DNA from: Oikopleura dioica | Lineage: Eukaryota; Animalia; Chordata | Direction of reading: 5' to 3' | NCBI GenBank assembly: GCA_907165135.1 | Contig: OU015569.1 | Location: 7,998,001-8,062,000 of the forward strand | DNA length: 64,000 nucleotides | Shown here: piece after piece, positions 39,812-52,805 of the stretch | Layout: each line of letters starts with the position of its first letter | Position numbering within the stretch: the first letter of the stretch is position 1 | The notes under the pieces: generated by a model | What the model saw: only the letters and a program-made list of their open reading frames with translations | What the model was told of the DNA's origin: nothing | Databases searched by the model: none | Program-made: the position numbers and the translations under genes

Positions 39812-40606
39812 TCACTCTTCTGTCGAGGATATGGAACCGTTGTTCGATTTGTAAAATCTCTGAAGAAACACTACGTGAAAAGAACTATCTTTCGAAGAGA
39901 AATTTACGTTTAGTTCTGCTTCGTCGGATGTGACGATGAGAAAAAGCTCCGTCATTTTGTCGGATAGTAGTTTCTGAATGAAACAATCGTCAAATATCAA
40001 ATAAGACGGAGATGGATTTACCTTGAGGTAGTCGATTAGGTTCGATGGGTCACCGATTTTCTCGGGCGTTTTCAGCTTCGAGTCTAAATTCCAGTACTCG
40101 CCGTCGATTGATTGAATGGCGATCCAGTGTCGTCGCCGAATAGGCAGCTTTAGCACGCCAATAGAAACCGATGAGAGGGAATTGATTATGAAGCCGGAAC
40201 ATCTACCGAGGTCGATCGACGCTGGCCTTTTCCTCTTGTCATGCCACACTGCTTGGTACGAACGGGACTGGAGAGCAGCTAGACACACAAATATTATTAA
40301 GAGCAGAATGGGGACAGTTTCTTTACCCATTATAACATTTATGTCGTAGTTGCCGGTTCCGAGAAACGACTTGTGAGGGTTGAGTACTGACGCCGGAGCT
40401 AGCCGGTTACAGACTTGGTCCAGTTCGTCTACCCTGAATGATAAATTCTGGTTTTGGCGACGTAGAATACCTTTGGTGAATTCTTTATGCTGAAAGACAT
40501 TATTTAATGCGTGCAAAGCGCACAACTCCCGCCGCTGCCTTTCGTGGAAGATTCCGTTGATCATACAATTCGAACCCGAGACTGAGTTCTCAGTCAAGCG
40601 CGACAT
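39812..40606 (-). CDS. JOSD1: Josephin-domain deubiquitinase
   Basis: FHERQRRELCALHALNNVFQ (catalytic Cys), LGTGNYDINVIM, RRHWIAI (His), YWNLDSKL (Asp). In-frame ATG at 40606. Confidence 0.92.
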   Translation of the reverse strand: MSRLTENSVSGSNCMINGIFHERQRRELCALHALNNVFQHKEFTKGILRRQNQNLSFRVDELDQVCNRLAPASVLNPHKSFLGTGNYDINVIMGKETVPILLLIIFVCLAALQSRSYQAVWHDKRKRPASIDLGRCSGFIINSLSSVSIGVLKLPIRRRHWIAIQSIDGEYWNLDSKLKTPEKIGDPSNLIDYLKVNPSPSYLIFDDCFIQKLLSDKMTELFLIVTSDEAELNVNFSSKDSSFHVVFLQRFYKSNNGSISSTEE

Positions 40607-41668
40607 TCTCCGACGGGCAATGTAGTAGCCAGCCACCACCACAGCCAGTGCAGCAAGTCCGACCTCGCTCAGGGACTGATCTACCCCCGAACACCAAATT
40701 ATCACGAGTTCTGAATTTTCAGTATAGGACCATTTTCCTGATAACTGCAGTTCGATTCTGTTTTCAGCCGATAAATTACGAAAGTCTGCCCTCTTGCAAA
40801 AGAGTTTGGATAAATATTATGCGGAAAGAAAAGAGGAGTTTCTGCCTCGGATGAGAACATAATTTTAGTTTGGAGTGATGAATAGTTTATTGTCAGTGTG
40901 AAAAGATGCGTATTTGGTCGAAGTTTATCGATGATCAGGAAAATCCAGATTGCAATTAATGCAATCTGTCTTCGCTTTAACCGGTCGCGGAAAATCTTCT
41001 TTTGCTGTCGACCATGCCGGTCAGCTTCTTTGGCTAGACGGATCCTCGGCTGCAGTCCTGAACTAGCCACTATATGGCTAGTTAAACAGGATAAATGCAT
41101 TTATCCTCCCGTCTTCAGGTTCTCCTGTCTCAAGCTAAATACTGTTTATACTGAGTCGGAAAAGGAGAATTACGCTTACTTCTGAGACACGCTCCATGCT
41201 CATTTCTTCCCACAAGAAATCCAAGACACCAGCTTCTTGCGCCAAGGCAAGTTCCAGCATGCCACAAGGTTATATCCCGCACCTCATGACACAATGAGAA
41301 CTGCTGTCAAATGCTGAAGACGATTGTCGCAATTGATTGGCGTTCAAAACTGGCGTACGAAGAAGTCTCGCATCGGGCTCATTTTCGATATCTAAAATGA
41401 AAGCGTTAGAAATAGAACTGGTAAATTGTAGGTTGTAGAGAGAAAAAGTCGCAGAAATGGAACACTTAATTGCCAAAATCTCTGAAAAAAGTGGAAACTT
41501 TTGATCCGAAAAGCGGGAAACTGGAATGGCGAGACGAGGAATGCGAAACGAGTGGCACATGGGAGGGGGGCCAATCAGAGCGGCGCGCTCCAAACTCAAA
41601 TGAACACCTCCACAATGGACAATTGACAACTTGCGATCTTCTAACAACTACTTAGTCTAAGTCTTTAA

Positions 41669-42117
41669 CTTCTCAATACACGGGCGCGCGACTAAGCGCT
41701 CAAAACACGGGGTCGGGTGAGCCTCACCCGGTGAGGGGACCACAATGCATTATTCAGCCCCGCGCGGCGCGCAAAATTCGGAGTGTGACAAAGTGCGCTC
41801 AAGACTTTAAGCTCTAACTTGCGTTTCCGGCAAGCAAAAAAGTTACTATACATATCGATGGAAAGCTTGAACACTCACCTATCAAGATTTACAATTAATT
41901 TTGCAAAACACTTTTTGGATTTACGGCTGGAGAGTGAAAGATAAATCCAGTGCAAAACGCCACCACTTTTGAGAAAACTTCCAAAATTTCACAAAGTGGT
42001 TCGTTTTAGTGATCTCAGCTCACATTTCAAAAATCAGGTCAAATGAATTATCACAAGAGAAATTACGGCGGCTCAAAGTCGCCGTGGTCGGTTCAACCGA
42101 CCACGTGTATTGAGAAG
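41669..42117. mobile_element. 449-bp non-autonomous element with TTAA target duplication (piggyBac-like MITE)
   Basis: TTAA|CTTCTCAATACACG at the left and CGTGTATTGAGAAG|TTAA at the right form perfect 14-bp TIRs plus TTAA. Subterminal hairpin CGTGGTCGG-TTCAA-CCGACCACG. Confidence 0.85.
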
Positions 42118-43569
42118 TTAACTGTTGCAAATTGCAATAATCGCAAATGTCGATGTGGATGATTCGTTACAGTAGTTCGATGGGTTCGGATTCTCTAATT
42201 CTGATTCTCATAGTTCAAATCAGAGTGTCAAAAGTTAAATCAGAAATCCTAGCTGTGACGAGTTTGGTAAATCCTCTCAATGTATCTGTTGCTCGAGCTC
42301 TTCAGTAGAATAAGCAGAATGGTTCCTTAAAGATCTTTACGTCTTCATATCCCTAATAATTACCGTATTTGATAGCTAACGAGATGCATATGATTAGCCC
42401 TGTCTTATCCGTTCAAAAGATTTATGGATTCAAAAATATGACCCTTATTTGCGCGAGTGTTAAAACTTCTCTTGTGAACTTTTCCGAAGACATCAATCTC
42501 GTTAGGATGATCGCTCGTTAATACAGCGACGGAAATATTCATCGACCGAGTAACTTTTAAAAACGGGGGATATTTGAATCTCGTTTTAGACTTTATTATT
42601 CAGCGTACTAATGTTTCTTTAGATAAATGCATGCGTCCGTTTTTGATGAGCTAATGCGAGAACGCTCAAAAGTGTCTGATCCGATCGATTAGCCTCCCAA
42701 GATTTCCATTTTCACAAATGAAAGCAATAGGCCTTTACGCAAACAAGAAACTTTTCTCGCTTGGGAGGTCATAGTTTAGACCAAATTACGGTCGTCGCAG
42801 AAGATACTGTTTTATCATTTTGCGTCTTCGGAGTCTCATTTCTAAGACTTTCTCGGCTTACTGTCTCGCCAACATAGAGGAGAGAAGAAAAATGACCCTG
42901 TCTCTCAACATAAATCATCATCGAAATGAAAATTTAGCCGACAAGATCTTGCATCAACAAAATCACAACTTTTTAAATTATCATGACTCGTGAATACCTA
43001 CCATGTCAGAAAATGGCGAAAGCAGCCGGAAGAAGACAGTCCAGATTCCATGTTTGCTTGTATTCATACCTTATAATATTTTCCAACGTTTTAATTTCTC
43101 ACAAAAATCGTGTAAAAATCGTATACTTGTTTTCCGTCGAACCGCCATTGTTGATGGAAGAGGCCGACATTGTTTCCAAACATATTTATATTGGTTGGCC
43201 AGTTTGGTCGAGTTTTTCTGCAACTTACGTTTTTTTTCACAAATAACACGCAATAATAATATCCCGGTCAATGGCGATCATGAATTCTTTACGTGCTCTT
43301 CGTTGTGAAATTGACTTTTAAGGCATGTGACCCAACTTTCTAGCGCCACTGTCTCCTCCTTGTAAAATTGGTTATATCAGGAGATAACGTCGAGTCTTCA
43401 CAAAAGGTTTTTCTTCCAAAAGGAAAGCCGATCCAGAGATACACTACAGGTTTTTCTGCCGATAGTTTTTTTCTCTAATTTTAGCGGACAACTTTTTAGT
43501 GATTATTTTTTCTGAAAATAATATAAAAAATTCAGCTCAAGATACAGTTTGTCAGCATCAAAAAGAAAA

Positions 43570-43976
43570 ATGGCCTCAAGTGCTTCATTGTATGCGTTGA
43601 ATGCAGTTAAGGTAAGATGCGAAATAAAACTAAGATTTACGAGTCTTTCAGAACACTAAAATCGGCGAGCCCATTCCAGATGAGTCGATGCAGGCGCTTA
43701 CTACGCAGCGTAAGAATGGTGCAGGATTCACTGACCGGTTAGTAGAGCAGTTTCAAAATTAAAAATTCGAAAATAGAATCAACGTGTTTTTAACGTCTGA
43801 ATTAGCAGATTGACAAGTTATCTAAGATTGACCCTAATCAGAGGGTCACAATACTATTGAGTGTCATTTCATCTTTCAGATTAAAGACTTCAATTTCGTC
43901 TTTCTTCGCTTTCGAAAATCCACTTTCTGCTACTGTCGCTGAAGTAAACACTGCCGGGTTGACCCCCCATCTTTAG
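43570..43976 (+). CDS. Small three-exon uncharacterised gene, may have further 5' exons
   Basis: Two GT-AG introns (43612-43651, 43738-43879) splice in frame: MASSASLYALNAVKNTKIGEPIPDESMQ..AGLTPHL. Confidence 0.4.
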
Positions 43977-44305
43977 GGTTCCGACTGGTACCGTGGTATT
44001 CTTATATGAACTTATATAAAATCTCATATTCAAATACATATTGGTATATGTATTTTCTATGCAACCCTGTATATCTCATATATGGAGACCATATTTCGAT
44101 AAATTCTTGGTTTTGACACGGTACGGACCCGACCTCGCTCTTTCTAACTCCTTTACTTTCTTCTTTTCATTACTTTCATTTATTACTCTATCAAAACTAA
44201 ATTGATTTAAAGCGCCGAGACTCGGGGCATAATAAACCTTAGTGCTGATGACTTTTGCGATCTGGAGCAAGTTGACATTATTGAAATATTTTGTGTTGCA
44301 GGTTT

Positions 44306-47300
44306 TTAAAGGCAGGATTTCACAGTATTTATAAGTGGGAACGGTCCATTTCCACAGAAGTCGCCATACATATCGTCGAGAGAAGTATCCCAGAACATAG
44401 CACCTGCTAGTCCATGTTCTTTTATCCAGTCGCAGCGTTGCGCTAAAGTTGCTTCGTTTTCATAACCGACCCATTGCTAAAGTGATCGATCAATTTCTGT
44501 TAACGTGAGTTCAACTTACTGTAGAGCTGTAGGCATACATGGAAGACGTAGATGTATCTTGAACAGCGGTCCATCCGTTGTTTGCAATATTGTCACAGAT
44601 CTCATAGTAAGCAAGGAAACCTGCTGTCTTTGTGTAGGTGCCAGCGGTACCTGCTCCGGAAGTTGGCGATCCTGGAGTGTTACTTGAACCAGAGAGGGTA
44701 AAAGACTTGCCGTAAGCAGGCAGGCCAAAAACTAATTTTGAAGCCGGGCAGCCACCATCCATCCAGTACTGCGCTGCGTAACGAGTAGATAGAACGTCAC
44801 CTGCTGGATCGCTAGCGTGGCCATCGAACTGACTGTGCCCGAAAGCTTGATTCTCCCAGCTTCCATGTAAATCATAAGCCATAAGATGAATGTAATCCAG
44901 AGCAGCAGAAATGCGTGGAATATCATAAGCCGTGTCTATTGTCGATTTTCCAGCAGCAACGGCAGCGGTGAGTAAGAGCCGCTCTTTCCCAGTATTAATT
45001 GCCTCTGCTTCGAATGCAAGACGAAGTTCCTCGCAAAGAAGAGCAAATCTTTCTTATTTTGGGATAAACATCGTCATTGTCGTTTAAAAATCATTGCGAT
45101 TTTAATTCATAACAATTCTAATTTGAAATTGCGAAAAGTATCCCTTTCCTTTGTCGATAGCTGGCGATCCTCGGTTCGCTGGATATTCCCAATCTAGATC
45201 AAGTCCGTCAAAGTTGTATTGCCTTAAATAGGAAATAGAGTTTGCGATGAATTCGTCTCTATTGGCTTTTGTCGATACCATCGCCGAGAAAGTTGCTGTG
45301 CCGTGTGTCCAACCGCCAACAGCGAGAGTCATCTTGAGTGTTGGATTTTGGTTTTTTAATTGTGCCATTGACGCGTACAGCTGCTCATCATTCCACTCAT
45401 ATGGAGCAAGGTCATTCTGGCCTTCAGGGATTTTAGCGAATGAGTAAACCAAGTGAGTACAGAGGTCTGCTGGTATATCCTGGGGTTTTTGTTGAACACT
45501 TGAAGGGGTTCGATACTGGGCCCAGTTCGTAAAATAACAAACGAGAACGCGATCAGATGAATTTGGTGTAGTGGTTGTTGTGCTCTGAGAAGAAGAAGTA
45601 GATGATGATTGGGATGTTGTAGAAGATGTTGGGACAGTTGTAGAAGTTGTCGAGCCGGAGCTTGTAGTGCTGGAACCCAAAGTTGTAGTAGTTGATGGTG
45701 GGTTTGTTGGCGTGCTGTTACAGTCTACATTCTGTGGCCAGTCGCAGAGTGAAAGGGCGGGGTTAAACATGAGACCAGACGAACAAGTTTTAATGAAAGT
45801 TGAGCCAGCAAAGCACTGATAAAATAATTATCTGATGGCCCTCCTTGGGATATTTTCCTCGGCCCCGGGTAAATTAGGATGAGGCAAAGGATAAATCTAT
45901 TACCGAATTATTTGATTCGTATTACCTGGTAAAACTTGCTACAATCTGGATGAGGATAAAGACTGTCGTCTTTATCGACGCAGAAATTAGGGTCTTCAGT
46001 TCCACCACCGCCGCCGCCGGCAGAGCTTGTTGTTGTTGAGCTTCCAGGAGATGTTGCAGGTGATGTTGCAGTTGTAGAAGTAGCGGTTGTCTCTGTTCCA
46101 GGGCATTTCACATTAATAGCCCAGTCGCAAACATTGTATACTTGATTAAAAAGAAGTCCTGATGGACACGTTTTAATCGCAGTTGACCCTCGATTGTAGC
46201 ACTGGTAAAATTTATCGCATTCAGGATGCGTGTACCTAAAAAAGTAAAATATAAAACAATTCATCCGCAAAAAACATTACAGTCCGTCTTTCTTTCCAGA
46301 GCAAAAATTTGGGTCTTCTGAAACTGGTGCACCAGCAGTCGTTGTTGTCGTTGACTAGAAAAATATTACGAAAATGAAAATATATAGAATCCGAAAGGTC
46401 AGTAAATTCTCACCAGAAAGAATAACGCAAGTTTCATTGATAAAATTCAATTTCTCTTAGGAGAATAATCATTTTACCACTGTTATATATCATGGCCCAA
46501 GCTTATAATTTCGAGTCGCCTTATAAAACTACACTGCCGTAAAATCACTCAAATAAAAGATGACGTGAAATCTAATCCAATAATATTATTAAGAGAATCT
46601 TACCGGCGCAATAGTCGACGTTGTAGTTGTATTGAATTCACCAAAATTAAAGTTGTTTTCCAAAAGACATGACATATCTTCATGTTTGCCAGGCAAATAG
46701 AAAACTCTGTAAGGTGGAAGCAGTGCTCGTGATGCTCCGGAAACAACGAAGAGAATCGGGTAAGATTCTCCTGCTGCAATTCCTGTATTCCAAGGCCAGT
46801 TCGTCAGCGTCGCTATTTGACTATTTGCGGAAACTGTTAGCTGGGCTTCCCAAGTGTGGAATTCAACATTCTTGTCAAGTGGCTCGAAGAAGTAGAAAAC
46901 CACCGTCCATTCGTTCAGATTGATTTCTGGCTTTAGGCGAAGTAGGAGTTGGAATCCAGTAGGCCATTCCTTTTTCACTAGCACATATTTCTTCTTATTT
47001 AGATTGTAAGTGTCAGGGCATGGATTCTGGCAGCTAAACGGACTATCTGCCTCCCACAAACCGGATCCTCGACACTGAATTCCTGTTCTTGATTTCCAGT
47101 CAGGAACTGACGGATCTTCAAAGACCATCTCATACGTTTCTGGACAAGTCAGAAAGCAATACGAAAGTTTCTCGCCGAGGTGACCATTTGGCGACTCTGT
47201 GCAACCAGTGGGATTTTTATCGGTCGTTTGAGGACTCATGTCGAGAATGGCGTTTGGAAACTGCTCTTGCCATGAACCACACTTTTGTCCTTCTGCAAGG

Positions 47301-48106
47301 GTCGTTGGCTCTTCTGTAGTTATTGGAGGCGGGGTGAAAGTTACTGAAGAATCGTCAGGAGTTATTTGGATATCGGCGCAATTCATGAACTCTTCTTGAT
47401 ACCCTTTTCCAAGTCCGCAATCGTCTGGCGCGTCGCAACCCCAACTATTGCCTGCATGGTATCTCCAACGAAGGACACATCGATCACATTGAATATCATC
47501 CGGTAACTTGACCAAAATGTCGTACCAGTAGCCGCCATTGTTATAATTACTATTGTGGGTGTCTGGCAAATCCCATTCATATCCTGAAGTTTTATAGTCG
47601 ACTCAAGTTTCTTATTGTTCAATACCTTGATCGGTCTCGAGTGGATGTGCAGAGAGACAATCTTCAAGTGCGTCTTGGCCACTGCCAAGTTCTTCAAGGG
47701 GGCAAAGATTGAATTTTATCCAGCCCTTGTGGTGGGCAGTAATCTGCACTTGTGTAATAATTGTGCTTCCGGATGAATATTGCCCAGAGACGATCTTCTT
47801 ACCATACTTACCACCATCTTCATGTAATCGAGGCTGGCTGGCTCCATAAGGATCGCCACATGGCCCACATTTATATCCCTGGCTTATTTGATAGCTAACA
47901 CCGCCGCAGTTTGAGCCCATGTCATTGTAGTTTGCTTCGATAACGCTACTGTACGGCGCCAATAGTGGATTTGTGTTGATGAAACGGAAAAGAGATCCTC
48001 GTCCGGGTGGATCCATAAGACGACCATGCCCGTACACAGCCGGAATAATTGCTGAAAAGATATTAGCTTAATCTCCTTGACTCTCTGTTATACCTAATCC
48101 TTTCAT
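44306..48106 (-). CDS. Secreted multimodular enzyme: AA15 LPMO, sushi-like module, CBM2-like module, 2x chitin-binding type 2 (CBM14), GH18 chitinase
   Basis: Short signal then mature N-terminal [28 protein letters not shown] and [10 protein letters not shown] (AA15). Two C..C..C..CPxGLxFN...CDW CBM14 units. GH18 [36 protein letters not shown]. Introns linking the modules are GT-AG and in frame. Confidence 0.93.
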
Positions 48107-48597
48107 TCTGCTGCGACTGTGCTTTGATTGAGCTCGTTGAAGAAGAATGGGAAATCGAGTGACTCTTCAACATTATAACGAACTCCGAATTATCCACAGC
48201 GGTCGAGAATCAGACACGCTTCATTATCTCTCAGTCATTTTCTACGATATGTTAATTATGTAACCGTTAAAGAAAATATTTCTTCGCACAGAAATTAGTC
48301 CACTCGCTACAAGTTGTAGCCAACAACAAAAGAATAAAATAAATTTTAAATAACAGTATGTATCTTCTTGGATTTACAAGGAGAAGGAGAAAAGGAGAAT
48401 TTGAAGCAGCTTCATTTTTTAGTGATCTTAGAATTCGACGAAATCGTTAATGGTTCTATAAAACATGAAGAGTCATTGAGTCTTCTCTTTCTTGCTATAG
48501 CAAGGACCTTTGCAAAGGATTCAAATGGCTCATTCGAGTACTGAAAATTACCCGAAACAAAATGTTTTAGATTGATTTGAACCTGTCCTTCGACTCC

Positions 48598-49271
48598 TTA
48601 ATTATTCCAGTTCGCCCAGTTTTCCACTCCTTGTATTCTTCTTGCTGCGCAATTAATTGAGAATAATGAACCTAAAAATAACTTTCATAGTGCCATAAGG
48701 TAGCGATTACTTTTTCGCCATCATCAAGTTTGCACTCTACTTTTGATTGATTAATCTTACTGGCCGATGCCTGCATAGCGATCCAAAGCATTCGCCTAGA
48801 AGCAGCCTCCAACAGAGTTTCTAGCATGATGACAGTATCACGAGGATCTGGAAAATCTAATTTTTCACTCGACAGCTAAAATAAGATTATCATTTCGACA
48901 TGAAAAAAGCCATACTTTGAGTCCCTTTGCGAAGTACTTCGGCTCATGTCTGTGAAGATTTACAATTTCAGGATCTGCTCTGAGAATAGACTGAAATCTT
49001 GTCGTGTATTCTTTCGGAAATTCGTGACGCACGAATTCAGTCATTGATTCCGCGAGCCAGAGAGGTAGTTCAATTTTTTTTCCTTCGTCGAATTCCTCTG
49101 GAACGCTGATTTTTTGAGTCATTATCATTTATCAATATTTTGCACCTACGAGTGAAGGTCGATGTTCTTCAAGTGAAAGCGAGACCGACAGGGTATTTTT
49201 GAATCGCTCATGACAATGTCTTCGAGGTCTAGGTAATTTCCCGGCGAGCGATCTACCATCGATAGATCCAT
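48598..49271 (-). CDS. GINS3: GINS complex subunit Psf3
   Basis: NYLDLEDIVMS..KIP, KIELPLWLA, ILRADPEIVNLH..PKYF, LDDGEK..EYKEW. Confidence 0.88.
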
Positions 49272-49405
49272 TTTCGTCTTTACTGTTTCTTTCTTAGCAA
49301 ACTGTATTCAAAACATGATAATTGAATTTAAACGATCTAGAACGCAGAAAGTCTTTGCTGGATATTTTATTCAACCGATATGTGATGTCAACGATGAGTG
49401 ATCAG

Positions 49406-50196
49406 TTAAACATGATGAAATTGGGACTGCATTTGCTTCTGCATAAGTTGTGATCGACGTTCTGCTCTGGATTCTTTTTCTTGGTGTGCTTTGAGTCGCT
49501 TGACTAGCTCGTGGAAAACTTCGAAGATGAAATTTCTTAATATTTTAAGTCGCCCTTGAATCGCTTACGTTTCAAGACGTTATAATTAAGCTGCAAAAAG
49601 GTTGATTAATATTTTTTCCACATGGATATAACTAATTCCTTTTTATTAAAATAAACCTTAGCTTCGTGGATATATCAATATAAATTCGTTTATCGCATTG
49701 CTTTTTACTCTCTGGATTGAAAAAATGAAGCTTATCGGCAAAATTTGCGACGAATGCAATAATCGGTTGTCTTTTCTTCGAGCCACTCAAAATCGAGCTA
49801 ATTGTATAAAAGATTAAATCTAACTGTCAAATAATTACTAACCTTACGGAGGTTCCCAAGCCAGAGATTTTCCTCCGCTGGATCATCGTATTATGATGTC
49901 TTGTGAATATTTTGTTAAGATGAATGCGCGAATTGGTTAGTTATATCTTGTAACAATTTCCCGAAGTAGGAGACGGAAACTGCTGCTGTCTGCATTCTGT
50001 TTTCAGGAGCTGAGCTGTTCTTGGTTTTTAATTTTTCTGCGCGAACATCCCAAGAACACCCTTTTTCTTGAATGGCAAGAGTTGATATACTAAATTTTAG
50101 TAGCTCAACTGTGAGCAGTATATTGACAGATTAGAGTATTACCTCCACCAAGTCGAGAGCGTATTCCTCACAGTGTGGTTCTGCACAATCAAACAT
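49406..50196 (-). CDS. Uncharacterised multi-exon gene immediately upstream of GINS3
   Basis: Protein-like exon segments bounded by GT/AG (YDDPAEENLWLGNL; SILSGSKKRQPIIAFVANFADKLHFF; SFHELVKRLKAHQEKESRAERR). Full frame not resolved. Confidence 0.45.
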
Positions 50197-51175
50197 GAGT
50201 AAATATTTGGTTTGGGAAACTATTTTTGCAATTTAAAATAGAAAGACGATGCGTTTCAAAGACCAAAATCAATATACGCATCGTAAGATTTGAAAGAAGC
50301 TCCTACGGTCGTGTGCTGGGAGGGCGTTCGCCGCTTTGTCTCGGATTTCGAGAGGATAAATGGATTTAACCCCTGACTTGTCGCAACTCATATTAAAAGG
50401 TGTAGCATAAGACACCTCATGTAATCTACTGAATTTCAAGTCTTATACTATAAAGCCAGTTTTATAGAGTTCGTTTGACTTGAACGACTCTCGAAGCCCG
50501 CCAATGCGTCCATTTGTGTTTGAGAGATCTGAAAAAAAAGAAATATTTCATCGCCAAAACAATGCAGCGTTGCTACAGTACCTCTGTAAACTGAATATCC
50601 ATGAGCTTTCCATCTACAATCGCTTGAATAACATAGAGTTGCCGGTCGTCGTCAAATGTCATGTGACTCTGACTCTTTTTTTCAGTCTCGAAAGTGTAAA
50701 AAACATGATTTCTTGAGGCTAAGGTCGACCGAGCCTTAAAAGGATCTTCATCTGCTAGGCAGCTGTTTAGTAATCTTGAAACGAATGACGATTTTCCACA
50801 GCCCTTTATTCAGATTTTGAAGGAGCTTCAGATTTTAAACTTTAGAAAGAAACAAATATTTTGAGTAAATCATTGCTTGAAGCCAATTAATGCAACCCTC
50901 GAGACTTTCATTCTTTCTCTCTTTTGAAATCCTATACGTTTGAATATTTACCTCTCTCTTTTTTGCTAAAAAGGTTTGGTTGACCTCCAAATTGGCAGTT
51001 ACAGATCTACTCAATTACGTCAGTGCTGAGAAAAGACTGTAACAAGCAGTTTGCATTGAATGTTAAATACGCTGATAATCGAGGACAATACCAATTCAAC
51101 TTGAATAGTTCAAACACTAGACAGTGCGAGTCGTTCTTTTTCGACTGACGAAAGTTTTTCGAAATAGTAAAAAAA

Positions 51176-51610
51176 ATGAGCTTGTCGCGAAGAGGATCCT
51201 TTTTCGAAGTTGAGATTTCGGAAGATGAAGCCGAACAACCTAAGAGTGAGTTTTTGGACAGGGTTCTCGAAGAAACTGAAGAAAAAGATGAAGTTACGGA
51301 ACTTAAAAACTCAAAATTGAAGGAAGATATTTTCGATGCTTCAGGAAAGAGCTTGATTTTTTATTCTTTTGGAAAGAAATACTATCAGCTTCTATAAGAC
51401 CGCCTTCGAAGCGCAAGTCTCGCAAACTTAGGTAATAGAATCTTGCTTTGAACAAACAAATGAAGCTTGGTAGGCTTAACTGACGAAGTAGCAGCCACAG
51501 GAGGAGATGGCTATCAAGCTTGTCTCGAACTGAAGGACTTGGTCGAACAAATCGTTGAAAACTTCGAAATCATAAGGAATCTTGAAGAAGAGATCGTCAA
51601 CCAGTCATAA
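51176..51610 (+). CDS. Small acidic uncharacterised multi-exon gene
   Basis: MSLSRRGSFFEVEISEDEAE.. first exon; last exon GYQACLELKDLVEQIVENFEIIRNLEEEIVNQS-stop. Confidence 0.5.
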
Positions 51611-51682
51611 GTTTTCAACTTATATTTAATCATTCAACAATAAATTTTCGATGTTGGTTTAGTTTAATAACAGTCATTCATC

Positions 51683-52805
51683 TTAACTGGAAGGAAATGC
51701 AAGGGCCCCCTGTTGAACAGTTGGGCAGTCGAAGCTGCAAGTGACGGGGCCACCCATGACGACGCCAGTTGCTGGACTGTGGCAAAAACAGTCTCCCGTC
51801 CACATCCAACTTTTTTCGCTGAAAAGAGCCTCGTCTTCGTCATTGCATTCAGTTGGCGTAAAATCCGCTAAACTCTAAATTAGAATCTATTGCCGACTCT
51901 AGAAAGCGGAATCGCACGGAAATGTTGTTTGGGCAAAACATAATCGCGGTTGAGGGTAAAAATAAACTATTCCGTTTAATTTTCATCGAGATATTCTGGG
52001 TTCCCGTTCAAATATGAAAAATAAATAGAAACCCGTATCTATGAGAACTCTGTCTATAAAAAGTCAATTTAACTTTTGTGTTTTTACCGATGTAATGTCC
52101 ATTATTTTGAGCGTCTTCTAGCATTCTTAAATCTGCGTCCCGCTTTTCTTTACACGTCTTGCCAGCTTCAGACGGACACGATTCAGAGCATGGTCGGTTC
52201 CAGCGGGTCATCTGTCCGGTGAATGGATCGTGGCACGTGCAAATTGAATCTTTTCCCTGTACTGGGCGGCGAAGGGCAAATTGAGATGGATTTGCTGCAT
52301 CGCATAATTCAGACTGAACTGATGAATCAAGTGAGCAATCTTTGACTCCGAAGTACACGGCGTTGTAAACAGGCAAAGCTGGCATAGGGGGCATAGGTGG
52401 CTCCTTGACTCCTTCCGAGTTTTCGCCATCAACTGGTGGCGGCGGTGGGGGAGGCATGTTTTCCGGGTAACGAACTTCAGGCTCACCAACCATCGTTAAA
52501 ATCACATCAGGTTTTCTACTTATCATTAAAAATTAAGATAAAAGTGATCTACTCACGGAGGAAGATCTGGTTCACCGATCGTAATTTGTGGCGCAGTTTC
52601 CTCAATCTGCCTTATTCTATGTTGGGCTTCTTGAAGCAACTCTCTTATAATTGCGATCAAATTTACATTAACAATCTTTTTCTCAAAAGTTGCCACGTGT
52701 TTAAATAATTAAAATTTCATAATTTGATCTCTCTTTCCTGGCGTCTTTTCCTCTGAGATCTTTTCCATTGGCAAGAGCAATCAAAATCGCAGTGGAGAAT
52801 TTCAT
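51683..52805 (-). CDS. Secreted Pro-rich protein with two copies of an unrecognised Cys-rich module (oikosin-like candidate)
   Basis: Signal MKFSTAILIALANG, polyproline linker, modules ..ICTCHDPFTGQMTRWNRPCSESCP and ..DCFCHSPATGVVMGGPVTCSFDCP. Confidence 0.8.

Noticed and set aside
40702-41647. Extra operon gene upstream of JOSD1
   Set aside because: Fragments look protein-like but could not be spliced into one frame.
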